57,482 nt of DNA from a virus (taxonomy: Duplodnaviria > Caudoviricetes). The notes beneath the pieces were generated by a model. The model saw only the letters and a list, made by a program, of their open reading frames with translations. It was not told where the DNA came from and searched no databases. Shown in pieces: positions 1-7,974 of the stretch. The stretch covers positions 1-57,482 of the IMG/VR virus record IMGVR_UViG_3300032212_000008; one strand, 5' to 3'. Position numbers and translations under genes: made by a program. Each line of letters starts with the position of its first letter. Position 1 is the stretch's first letter.

Positions 1-127
1 GTGGGCGTAGTAGAAGCCCGCTGACAGCTCGAACAGGTACTTCCACTTGTGTAGGGCGTAGCTGATCTCGTCACCGTCAGGCGTGATCCACAGCTCGTCT
101 ACACCACGTCGGAGTTCTTCGAGTCGC
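1..127. repeat. 127-bp exact terminal overlap with 57356-57482 (circular contig)
   Basis: Bases 1-127 are identical to the last 127 bases. A CDS reads in frame across the join. The length matches a common assembler k-mer. Confidence 0.97.
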
Positions 128-1134
128 TTATAATCTTCTTGTACTGTTCGGGGGTGATCCTTGCCCGGCGCCGGGTCGAGAATGTCGAGCAGGAGAGAGA
201 CCCCGATGTTTCCATCCGACGCAGGTACGACACCTGGGCAGGTGACAAAGCGAGCGCGAAACGCGCGCCTGATGCCGTCAAGATCGGGGCGGCTGTCGAC
301 TTTCGGGAAGTGCCGCTGGTACCACATGACGAGCGGTGCGATTCGGTGGATCTGTGTTTCATCAGGCTCTGCCGCGTCGGAGTTGAGCATCAACGACCAC
401 GAGTACAAGAGGCTCGAATCGAGAGGTACGGGGCTCAGGTCGCCCAGCGCTTGGTTGATGATGTGTGCGAAGTCCTGCAGCTTCTTGTCGGACATGGTTC
501 CCGACATGGGCAACAGGTGAGGGTCCTTCTCCTTGACCCAATCCATGAAACGGCCGGTGCGCGCGGAGTAGAAGTCTTTGAGGCTGTGGCTTTCGTCGAG
601 GATCACCAACGACGCATCGACAGCATGGAGCAGCTCCTCCCCGTCGAGCCCACTGTAGAGCGAGTACGGCACGAGGTAGAGCCCCGGTCGTCGCTGCTCA
701 GCGAACTTGATGCGTTCCTTGGGCCCCTTGGCGTGAAGGTTGTGGACTTGGTAAGGGAGGTCGACTCGAGCGCGCCACCAAGGGATGTCGTTCTTGACGA
801 GCTGACCGACGAGGTTGGGAGGACAGGACAGCATGATTCTGCGGTGCCCCTGGGCCTGGTAGGCTTCAGCGGCGCAGAGAAGCCCCACTCCGGTCTTGCC
901 GTCTCCAAGACCCAAAGGAGCCGCCAAACGCCCGTCCGTCTGGATGAAGGTGAGCAGCGACTCGGCCTGCTGGGGCCAGAGTCTGAAGCCTTTGTCGAAC
1001 CAATGCTTTCGCACGACGATTCGACTCACCTCTTCAGCCTCTTCGGGGCTGATTCGGAAGCTAAGCGGCATCTCGACGATGCGCTTGATGTCCTCCGCGT
1101 ACGACGGACGGCGTTTGGCGACGAGGGGGCTCAA
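1..1134 (-). CDS. SNF2/SF2 helicase, N-terminal part (continues across the origin into 57355..56492; about 665 aa total)
   Basis: Manual translation from TTG at 1134 gives Walker A LGLGDGKT, motif II ILDESH and motif III MSGT. The frame stays open to base 1 and joins the 56492..57277 ORF. Absent from the ORF track because it runs off the edge. Confidence 0.9.
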   Translation of the reverse strand, partial: MSPLVAKRRPSYAEDIKRIVEMPLSFRISPEEAEEVSRIVVRKHWFDKGFRLWPQQAESLLTFIQTDGRLAAPLGLGDGKTGVGLLCAAEAYQAQGHRRIMLSCPPNLVGQLVKNDIPWWRARVDLPYQVHNLHAKGPKERIKFAEQRRPGLYLVPYSLYSGLDGEELLHAVDASLVILDESHSLKDFYSARTGRFMDWVKEKDPHLLPMSGTMSDKKLQDFAHIINQALGDLSPVPLDSSLLYSWSLMLNSDAAEPDETQIHRIAPLVMWYQRHFPKVDSRPDLDGIRRAFRARFVTCPGVVPASDGNIGVSLLLDILDPAPGKDHPRTVQEDYKRLEELRRGVDELWITPDGDEISYALHKWKYLFELSAGFYYAH

Positions 1135-1135
1135 G

Positions 1136-2905
1136 TCAGGAGCGGGTGGCTTCGAAGACTTCGGTGGCGATCCCACGCAGGGTCCCGAGCAAGCTCTGCT
1201 CGTCGGGCGTCAGTTGAAGCGACACAAAGACTTTCTTGGTGCCAAGCCTCTCTTTGATGGCTTCAGCGTTCGAAGCGATCCAGTCGCGACGCTCGAAGGC
1301 GTCCTCCTGCCAGTAGTCGTTGCCCGTGGCTTCGTGGAACTCCTCTTGAAGCTCCCCGAAGACCTGAGCCAGAGGCACGGTCCCGCTGTTCGCCATGCGG
1401 CCGATGACCGGGACACAGCCGATGAACAAGAAGAGACCTTGGGGCTTGGGCCCCTTGCGCGCTGTCTTCTTGGCTGCTCGCTTGGTCGTCTTTTTGGTGG
1501 CCTTCGGCTCGGGCTCGGGCTCGGGCTCTTCTTCCTCGGGCTCCTCTTCTTCCTCGGGCTCTTCCTCTTCGGGCTCTTCCTCGGGCTCCTCTTCCTCTTC
1601 GGGCTCGTTCTCTTCGGGCTCAGCAGCCGGGTCGTCCGTAGCGGCGAGGACTTCTTCAGCCTCGTCCTGGCCGTCCCAGGTAAGGACGCCATCCTCGACG
1701 ACAGCGTTGAAGTCTTCAGCGCGCTCGTCGCCGTTTCGCTTGTTGGCAACGTCGCAGACCTTGCAGGGATTGCCGGTGCGCTTGTTGATGCCCGTGCCAC
1801 CGCAAGCGTTGCAGCTTGCGACTGCCCACGGGGCTACCACGGTGCCTTGCTCGGGCTCCGGCTTGGTCTCTTCCTTGCCGCTGGGGCGTCCGATAGGGGC
1901 CTTGGTGGTCGGCTTCGTAGAGGTCTTCTTCTTGGAGGCTTTGTTGGCCTTGGCAAAGGGGGCTGCCATGTCTTTCTGTTTCTTGGGTTGTGCAGTGACG
2001 CCAACGCGTCGCTTGCGGAATTTGCCGAGCATGTCACCCTCGGCGGTATCGGAGGTTTCGTTAGCTCGCATCTCTCGATACTCGCCAACGGTACGAAGGG
2101 CTTTCGTGCAGATTTGAGCGAAGGAACACCCGCCGTATTTGGTGCAAGCATCAGGGGCTTGCATAGCGGGTACCTTCGACCAGTCTTCTTCTTCAATGTC
2201 CGCGTCTCGAAGCGCAAGCATGTCCTTGGCCATGGCTTTGCGCGAGTTTGCGAACCTCGTGATCTCGAACTCTTGGACGTGACCAACAGAGTCTACAGCT
2301 CGCACCGGAACAGGCGAGGCTTTCTCGTTCCTGATGAACTGGTTGTGTCTGAAGATGAGACCTTCAGAAGCGATGCCAATGTCCAACGCTACGAGCCCGT
2401 AGCTCAAGAGCTGCTCGTTGCCCATGATCGACTGCGGCTTCTCCAGGTACTTAGTGCCTCCCGCTGTCTTGCAGTCTTGAATCCGCCACACTCGGCCCTC
2501 GTCGTCGAGGTCCATGATGTCGGGCACCAGCACCTGACGCACGCCAGGAATAAGCTCCATGAAGCGCTTTTCTTCGATGAGCTGCTTGCCGGGCTGGCGT
2601 ACCAGCACGCCTTTTTCTACAGACTGGTCGAAGAGGAACTTGATGCGCTCCATCTCCTCGACGCCCATGACGTGCTTCTGTCCGTGCTCGTCCACGACGT
2701 TCCAGCCGGAAGGGTACAGGTCCGCTTCGTTCTCCGGCGTTGACTTGAGGTACCGCTCCACGACTCCGTGCAGGACGGTGCCGAAGGCTTGGCTGCGCGT
2801 AGTCTTGCGCTTGAGCTTGTGGACACGCTGGAACCACCAAGCTCGTTGGCAGTCCTGCCACTGGCCGAACTGTGTCGGTGACAGATAGAGGTCTTTCTTA
2901 GCCAA
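1136..2905 (-). CDS. Cas4/RecB-like PD-(D/E)XK exonuclease with long C-terminal extension
   Basis: N-terminal SPTQ..W..CQR and FGTVLH, DIMD..IQDCKT, QLLSY, and CTKYGGCSFAQIC (1+3 Cys, Fe-S staple pattern). Followed by a CNAC..CKVC Zn finger and a Glu/Pro repeat. Confidence 0.85.
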   Translation of the reverse strand: MAKKDLYLSPTQFGQWQDCQRAWWFQRVHKLKRKTTRSQAFGTVLHGVVERYLKSTPENEADLYPSGWNVVDEHGQKHVMGVEEMERIKFLFDQSVEKGVLVRQPGKQLIEEKRFMELIPGVRQVLVPDIMDLDDEGRVWRIQDCKTAGGTKYLEKPQSIMGNEQLLSYGLVALDIGIASEGLIFRHNQFIRNEKASPVPVRAVDSVGHVQEFEITRFANSRKAMAKDMLALRDADIEEEDWSKVPAMQAPDACTKYGGCSFAQICTKALRTVGEYREMRANETSDTAEGDMLGKFRKRRVGVTAQPKKQKDMAAPFAKANKASKKKTSTKPTTKAPIGRPSGKEETKPEPEQGTVVAPWAVASCNACGGTGINKRTGNPCKVCDVANKRNGDERAEDFNAVVEDGVLTWDGQDEAEEVLAATDDPAAEPEENEPEEEEEPEEEPEEEEPEEEEEPEEEEPEPEPEPKATKKTTKRAAKKTARKGPKPQGLFLFIGCVPVIGRMANSGTVPLAQVFGELQEEFHEATGNDYWQEDAFERRDWIASNAEAIKERLGTKKVFVSLQLTPDEQSLLGTLRGIATEVFEATRS

Positions 2906-5639
2906 GGTATTCCTTCAGGTAGTCGACGTTGGTCTTGGGGCAGTAGCGCATCAGGTGTTCGAAGGTCTCTTTGTCGACCGCTACGTTGAGGTCAGGGTCG
3001 TTCTTGCAGACCCGATACAGCGAGCCCAGGTCAATGCGAACGCCTGAGATGTTTCGTGCGGTTCCCTGGTTCAACCGAATCGCACGTCCGCTCTGATACA
3101 AGACGCCTGCCTTGTCGAGAGTGTCGAACATGAGCTGGTCGGGGGCCACCCCTCGGGGGAAGCCGAAGATAGCTTCAGGCAGCTTCTTGATGATCGTGGA
3201 GCGCATGATCTGCAGCTGACCCTTGCAAATACCTACGTGCGTCTTGTTCTTCGTGATCGCATGGTCTCGAACGCGCTGCAGCAAGAACTCGATGACCGAG
3301 CGTGCTGTCGTCGAGCGAATGGCCGCGCGGCGCACCGGATCGTTGCTTGTCTCCAGGCCGTCCACCATGAAACGCGAGTGGCTGGGGATCTGGCTGAAGT
3401 CCGCTTGCTCCCTCAACCAGAACAGGTGCTCAGTCGCCTTCTGCAGGATGGTGGGGCGGTGCCCTCCGCATGCCTCGGACAGGAGCATGACCGCTTGCTT
3501 AGCTCTCGGGCCTACGTCGACCATGATGAGCCGCTCGGCCAACGCCTCGGTGTCATCCACGCTCAGGTCTTCGTTGCCGAACAGCGACTCGGCGATGGTG
3601 CCCTTGTTTGAGCAGAAGATGAAGCGGGGATAGACCTCGACGCGGTAGGCGTCCACTCCCTTGCGCTCCATCTTCATCCAGCCGCCTACGACCTTCTCGC
3701 GGAAGAAGGCATCGAAGCGCTTGACGTTGTCAGCTCGCGCGGGGAGGCGCTCGTCGTAGAACCAGACTGGGCAGCTCTGAATCTCGGCGTTGAAGTTTGA
3801 GACACCGATGTCCTGGCAGGGCCCCTTCTTGGTCCACATGTTCGCCACCGCATGCGCGATGAGGGACTTGCCTGAGTGGGCTTGGTGCTGCAGGAGCAAA
3901 CCGGCGATCGGGCGGTCGGCGTAGCTGCAGAACATGAGCCACTTGAAAGCGGCGTCGCTCTCGTCCTCGAACAGTGCTTCCAACCACTGGTGTACTTCGT
4001 CGTGGAACACCGCTGGGATGTCCGTGCGAATCCGGTGGATCGGCAGGCTGAGAGTGAAGCCGCTCTCCTCATCGTAGAACAGTCCGCTCGCTCGCGCGGC
4101 TGAGTAGTGGATGCTGTCGATGTGTCCCGCCGCTCCCAGGCTGTGGAAGTGCTTGGGCTCGACGGCAGGCACGTACTCGCCTCGGCTCTCGATGTAGACC
4201 CCGTAGTTCTCGGCGACCTCGGCAAGCTCGGCCGTCTCCGCGACTCGCGTAACGCACCGGGACCAGTGGCTTTTGTGGGGGTAGTATTCGCCGTTGGGCA
4301 GCAGGAAGTAGCAGTCGTTGGGCGCTCGGCCCACGACAGCCGTTGAAGCCAGGTGTGCCGTCAGGTCGTCGTCGTCCATGTCCCGAGTGATCTCGGGGTT
4401 GTTCCGACGGTAGCTGTCGAACAGTGAGTCCTGGCGCTCTTCGATCTCGCCCTTCGTGACCGCGTACTGGGCCTTGGCTTTCTTGCGGGTGCGCTCGATC
4501 GCGTCGCGGCGCTCCACGGTGCGCGCCCAGAGGCGCTCGATCATGTTCCAGGCCCTGAGCTTCCAGTCGGGGGTGTCCCGGTCGGGCTCCAGCTGGTCCG
4601 TGATCGGCAGGATCAGCCCCAGGGCGTGCTCGGCCTCCGCATCGGGCACCTTCTCGGCAGCCCCGCAAATCGCTCCGATGAGCGACATAAGGGCGGTGTC
4701 CCGGGTGCCGGCCGCGGGGGCCTTGTGCCGGAGGATCTGGGCTCGGGTGCTCTGCCCGGCGTTCTCCAGGAGGGCCTCCCCGACGGGGGTCAGGGGGCGG
4801 GCTCTCTCGCCGCTCCAGACGAGCCCCAGGGCCGTTTCGTCGTCCGGGGCGTCTCCGAGGTCCAAAGCGGCCGCAGGTCCAGCGAGGCCCGCAGCTAGGG
4901 AGCGAGCGAGGCCCGCAGCCTTCTTTGACTTGGACTCGTCGTGCTTGTCCCTGAGCCACCTAGGGTTGATCCGGGGGAGCGCGGCCCCGATCAGCTGGTT
5001 GTGGCTCTCGGCGTGGTCGAGGAACGAGAACCACGCTTGGTCTCCGAGCTGAGCTCCGTCGCGCTGGGCATTGGGGGCCCGGAAGAACCGGGTCCAGTCC
5101 AGGCACCCCAGGTCGATGGGGATGCCGCAGTTGTCGATCAGGTAGTCGACCAGGCCGGAGAGGGCTTGCTCCCCGTCGTCCACAGGCAGGGGCTCGTCCA
5201 GCTCCCAGATGTGTCGGACGCCAGCGCGGGTGGTGTAGCTGTAGCGCGGGGTCAGGTTGTGTTCCGCCAGGATTCCCAGCTGGCGGTTGAGTTCGCCGCG
5301 TGCCTGCTTGGCTGCCTTCCAGGGAGTGTGCTTAGGGTTGTCGTACTCGACGACCATCAAGCCCATCATCGCTTCGAAGTCGTGCTTGCGCCAATCGCTC
5401 AGGCCCCACCCGCGCTTGTTCTTGTGGGGGCCCTCGATGTACTTCGCGACGGGCTGCTTGAGGATGCGAGCGTAGAGTCGCTCTACACCGTTCTGCAGGT
5501 AGTACGTCGCGAAGTGCGCGTCGCAGTCCCACTCTCCGAACAAAACCTCTTCGATGGTGAACCCTTGTTGCTCCCGAGCAACATCGGCGTTCGGCACCGA
5601 GTACGTCTTGATGTGGGGAATGACCGGAAGGTAGTCCAT
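2898..5639 (-). CDS. primase-helicase (prim-pol-like N-terminus plus SF3/D5-like helicase)
   Basis: YTTRAGVRH and DWTRFFRAP primase-like motifs; P-loop QAHSGKS, WFYDE and FCSN; lies in the replication module. The ATG at 5639 is preferred as start. Confidence 0.8.
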   Translation of the reverse strand: MDYLPVIPHIKTYSVPNADVAREQQGFTIEEVLFGEWDCDAHFATYYLQNGVERLYARILKQPVAKYIEGPHKNKRGWGLSDWRKHDFEAMMGLMVVEYDNPKHTPWKAAKQARGELNRQLGILAEHNLTPRYSYTTRAGVRHIWELDEPLPVDDGEQALSGLVDYLIDNCGIPIDLGCLDWTRFFRAPNAQRDGAQLGDQAWFSFLDHAESHNQLIGAALPRINPRWLRDKHDESKSKKAAGLARSLAAGLAGPAAALDLGDAPDDETALGLVWSGERARPLTPVGEALLENAGQSTRAQILRHKAPAAGTRDTALMSLIGAICGAAEKVPDAEAEHALGLILPITDQLEPDRDTPDWKLRAWNMIERLWARTVERRDAIERTRKKAKAQYAVTKGEIEERQDSLFDSYRRNNPEITRDMDDDDLTAHLASTAVVGRAPNDCYFLLPNGEYYPHKSHWSRCVTRVAETAELAEVAENYGVYIESRGEYVPAVEPKHFHSLGAAGHIDSIHYSAARASGLFYDEESGFTLSLPIHRIRTDIPAVFHDEVHQWLEALFEDESDAAFKWLMFCSYADRPIAGLLLQHQAHSGKSLIAHAVANMWTKKGPCQDIGVSNFNAEIQSCPVWFYDERLPARADNVKRFDAFFREKVVGGWMKMERKGVDAYRVEVYPRFIFCSNKGTIAESLFGNEDLSVDDTEALAERLIMVDVGPRAKQAVMLLSEACGGHRPTILQKATEHLFWLREQADFSQIPSHSRFMVDGLETSNDPVRRAAIRSTTARSVIEFLLQRVRDHAITKNKTHVGICKGQLQIMRSTIIKKLPEAIFGFPRGVAPDQLMFDTLDKAGVLYQSGRAIRLNQGTARNISGVRIDLGSLYRVCKNDPDLNVAVDKETFEHLMRYCPKTNVDYLKEYLG

Positions 5640-5656
5640 CGTTTCACAAGGCAAGG

Positions 5657-5687
5657 AAAGTGGAGGCCGACACCCCTGCCGGCCTCC
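5657..5687 (-). terminator. GC-rich hairpin with short U tract upstream of primase (terminator/attenuator candidate)
   Basis: GGAGGCCG 5662-5669 pairs with CGGCCTCC 5680-5687; followed by ACUUU on the minus strand. Confidence 0.45.
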
Positions 5688-5735
5688 TAGTGCGCTAGGC
5701 GCACTCCCTTACCCTCACTGCAGCGCAGCGAGAGA

Positions 5736-5807
5736 TCACTTGCTCTGTCGCACCTCCGAGGAAGTGGCCAAGGCGATCAGAGTCAGGAGGTTCGGTTCTC
5801 GAAGCAT
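5736..5807 (-). CDS. 23-aa possible leader peptide MLREPNLLTLIALATSSEVRQSK
   Basis: ATG preceded by the CCCTTACCCTC leader motif found before other genes; very short ORF. Confidence 0.3.
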   Translation of the reverse strand: MLREPNLLTLIALATSSEVRQSK

Positions 5808-5829
5808 GGGTGAGGGTAAGGGTTGTCGG

Positions 5830-5976
5830 TTAGCGAGGGGACCGTTCGATGGCCGCGCCTGCGACCCGGATGATCGACAGTACCCCAAGCGAGGTACCGG
5901 CTGCAAGCAAGGACCACGTCAGAGATCCCGTCGAAGCGAGAGCCGTAGCGGTCGAGAGGAAGAGGATGGGGTTCAC
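5830..5976 (-). CDS. 48-aa hydrophobic membrane peptide
   Basis: GTGA start/stop overlap with the upstream ORF; MNPILFLSTATALASTGSLTWSLLAAGTSLGVLSIIRVAGAAIERSPR; below the ORF-track cutoff. Confidence 0.55.
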   Translation of the reverse strand: MNPILFLSTATALASTGSLTWSLLAAGTSLGVLSIIRVAGAAIERSPR

Positions 5977-6275
5977 AGGATGGAGTCTCCGGGTCGGTGG
6001 GCGGGAAGCACCCGAATTTCACGAACGGTCAACACGGGAAGATCGACGTCTGTCGTGTCGTCGGCTTCCGCATCTACGGGATCGGATCCGAACAAGAAGA
6101 GGCGCATGTTCTCTTCATTGAACTCATCGAACGTCAGGGAGTACACCAGCTTTCGAGGGACTGCAGCTACAGGCAAGATGCCTGACCGTTCGCGCAACGC
6201 AAGCGCAGGCGCTCCGTAGAGCGCGAGCGATGCCATGCCTGCAGCGGCGGCTTGGAGGAAGGATCGTCGTTTCAA
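5973..6275 (-). CDS. small protein with twin-arginine (Tat) signal peptide
   Basis: MKRRSFLQAAAAGMASLALYGAPALA has RRxFL, an h-region and an AxA cleavage site; SD-like GGAGGGGGAG upstream; overlaps the upstream stop. Confidence 0.7.
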   Translation of the reverse strand: MKRRSFLQAAAAGMASLALYGAPALALRERSGILPVAAVPRKLVYSLTFDEFNEENMRLFLFGSDPVDAEADDTTDVDLPVLTVREIRVLPAHRPGDSIL

Positions 6276-7726
6276 ATCTCTCCCCCTCCCACTTCAACGT
6301 CCGACTCACCGGGACCGGAGAACAGGCTGACGTTCGTTGAGCCGAACGGGTGGCATGACTCCGTGGCCCACTTGGAGGGCACAACGAGCTTGTGGGGCTC
6401 GACGTCGGTTTCGAGAGTGCTAGCCCCCGAGACCTCCACAACAGCACGGTTGGTCTGCACGTCGATCGTGTTGTCGAAGATGCGGGCCTCGTTGATGGCG
6501 TACTCTTCGCTGACCCACCTCACCGGAGGGTACGCCAGCCAGTGCTTGGCGTCCGGGTTCTTCCAAGCGGAGTTGGCGGCGCTTGCGTCCGGGCCGCTGA
6601 ACAGTCCCTCATCTTTCTTGAAGTCGTAGACGTCGTATTCCAGGACCACTGCCCAGTTGAGCTTGTTCTCTTGGCTCACGGCGTTCCAGCCCGGCTCGGG
6701 AAGGATCGCGATGCCTCCGCTGTAGCTATTCGTGATCTCGTTCCCTTTGACCTCAATCCGACCGTCGCGTGAGGCTCCGTAGAACGTGATCGCCGACCCG
6801 TTACCGTTGGGGGTGTCGAGGCCGATTCGGCTGATCTTGTTGTGTGCCACGCGCAATTTGTCGTGCTTGTAAGACGTCTCAGGCATCTCGTTTTGGGTTC
6901 CGCGTCGTGCGAACTGGAACGCCGTGCGGCCACAGTCACGAACAGTGTTCCGCTCAACACTCGCGCCTGGGCAGTGATGCGCGTAGATCGCATGCTCGCG
7001 GAAGTTGAAGAACTCACAGTGCGAGACCACCATCGGCGTTCGGTAGCTATGAATACCCCACATGCAAATACCTGAGGCGTCCCCGACGATAGTGCATCGC
7101 TTCAAACTCAAGACCATGTCCTTGACCAAGATACACGCCTTGGCGTCATTCGGTCGGTGCAGGTAGATCCCTTCGAAGTGAAAGGCATGTATCGACGCTT
7201 CCGCGATCGGACCCTCACCGTAGAACCCGAGGATAGAGGGAGCCAGGTTTTCATCCTTGTCATAACGGAACGTCACACGCTCGAACATCAACAGCGCGCC
7301 GCAGTAGTTCTTGCCGTTCTTGGAGAACATCAGACCGGACACGTCGATCGAGTCGTAGTGGTCTCCTGGCTGAAGCTCGACCACTAGGCGGTTGTACTTG
7401 ACGTCTGCCGACATGGCCTCACGTACCTTGGCATCCAGGTCGCTCGGCGACTCGTCGGCACTCCAAGCCACAGAAAGCTCGGACCACTCGAACGGAGGGG
7501 GCACCTCGGGCACCTCGGGCACTTCGGGCACTTCGGGCACTTCGGGCACTTCGGGCACTTCGGGCACTTCGGGCACTTCGGGCACTTCGGGCACGGGCTT
7601 CAATGCCTCGAAGTATGCTTCTCGAAGCGCGATGCGTGCGTTGCCTGCCTCAATTAGCTTGGCGGCAAGTGCGAGGTCGAGGTCGGCAAGACGCTGCGCG
7701 TCTTCGTGGCTGATTTCGTACTTCAT
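6272..7726 (-). CDS. right-handed beta-helix (pectate lyase-like) protein with (PEV)10 linker
   Basis: Repeating beta-helix rungs (VSHCEF, VERNTV, VAHNKI, VKGNEI, IFDNTI) and EHAIYAH; the ATG at 7726 lies just after the upstream stop. Confidence 0.7.
   Translation of the reverse strand: MKYEISHEDAQRLADLDLALAAKLIEAGNARIALREAYFEALKPVPEVPEVPEVPEVPEVPEVPEVPEVPEVPEVPPPFEWSELSVAWSADESPSDLDAKVREAMSADVKYNRLVVELQPGDHYDSIDVSGLMFSKNGKNYCGALLMFERVTFRYDKDENLAPSILGFYGEGPIAEASIHAFHFEGIYLHRPNDAKACILVKDMVLSLKRCTIVGDASGICMWGIHSYRTPMVVSHCEFFNFREHAIYAHHCPGASVERNTVRDCGRTAFQFARRGTQNEMPETSYKHDKLRVAHNKISRIGLDTPNGNGSAITFYGASRDGRIEVKGNEITNSYSGGIAILPEPGWNAVSQENKLNWAVVLEYDVYDFKKDEGLFSGPDASAANSAWKNPDAKHWLAYPPVRWVSEEYAINEARIFDNTIDVQTNRAVVEVSGASTLETDVEPHKLVVPSKWATESCHPFGSTNVSLFSGPGESDVEVGGGEI
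7500..7594. repeat. 9-bp tandem repeat GGCAC(T/C)TCG x10 encoding Pro-Glu-Val
   Basis: Directly visible tandem array. Confidence 0.95.
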
Positions 7727-7728
7727 GG

Positions 7729-7974
7729 TCAGTCGATGTCTTGGTTGATTTGGTGTCGTTCTACGCACACTAGGCTGTCGTCGCACACGCCTTCGGAGTC
7801 CGCCACGGTCAAGCGATCGTCAGTACCGTAGGGGAGGAAGTCGCAGCGTAGATCGTGTTCCTTGCCTACAGCCAAGCCTCTAGCTATCGCCAGGTATCGA
7901 GAGGAGTAGACGCCGGCAAGGTGGGTCGTGTCAAGTCCCCTGTAGAGGAACACAAGGAAGACGAACTTGCTCAC
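7729..7974 (-). CDS. hypothetical protein
   Basis: Tightly packed in the operon; GTGA overlap with the upstream gene. Confidence 0.6.
   Translation of the reverse strand: MSKFVFLVFLYRGLDTTHLAGVYSSRYLAIARGLAVGKEHDLRCDFLPYGTDDRLTVADSEGVCDDSLVCVERHQINQDID

Noticed and set aside
139-2743. Long plus-strand ORFs (139..1257, 896..2743) and similar antisense ORFs such as 48431..49552 and 49434..50711
   Set aside because: They are antisense shadows of motif-bearing genes, expected with high GC3 bias, and have no motifs of their own.
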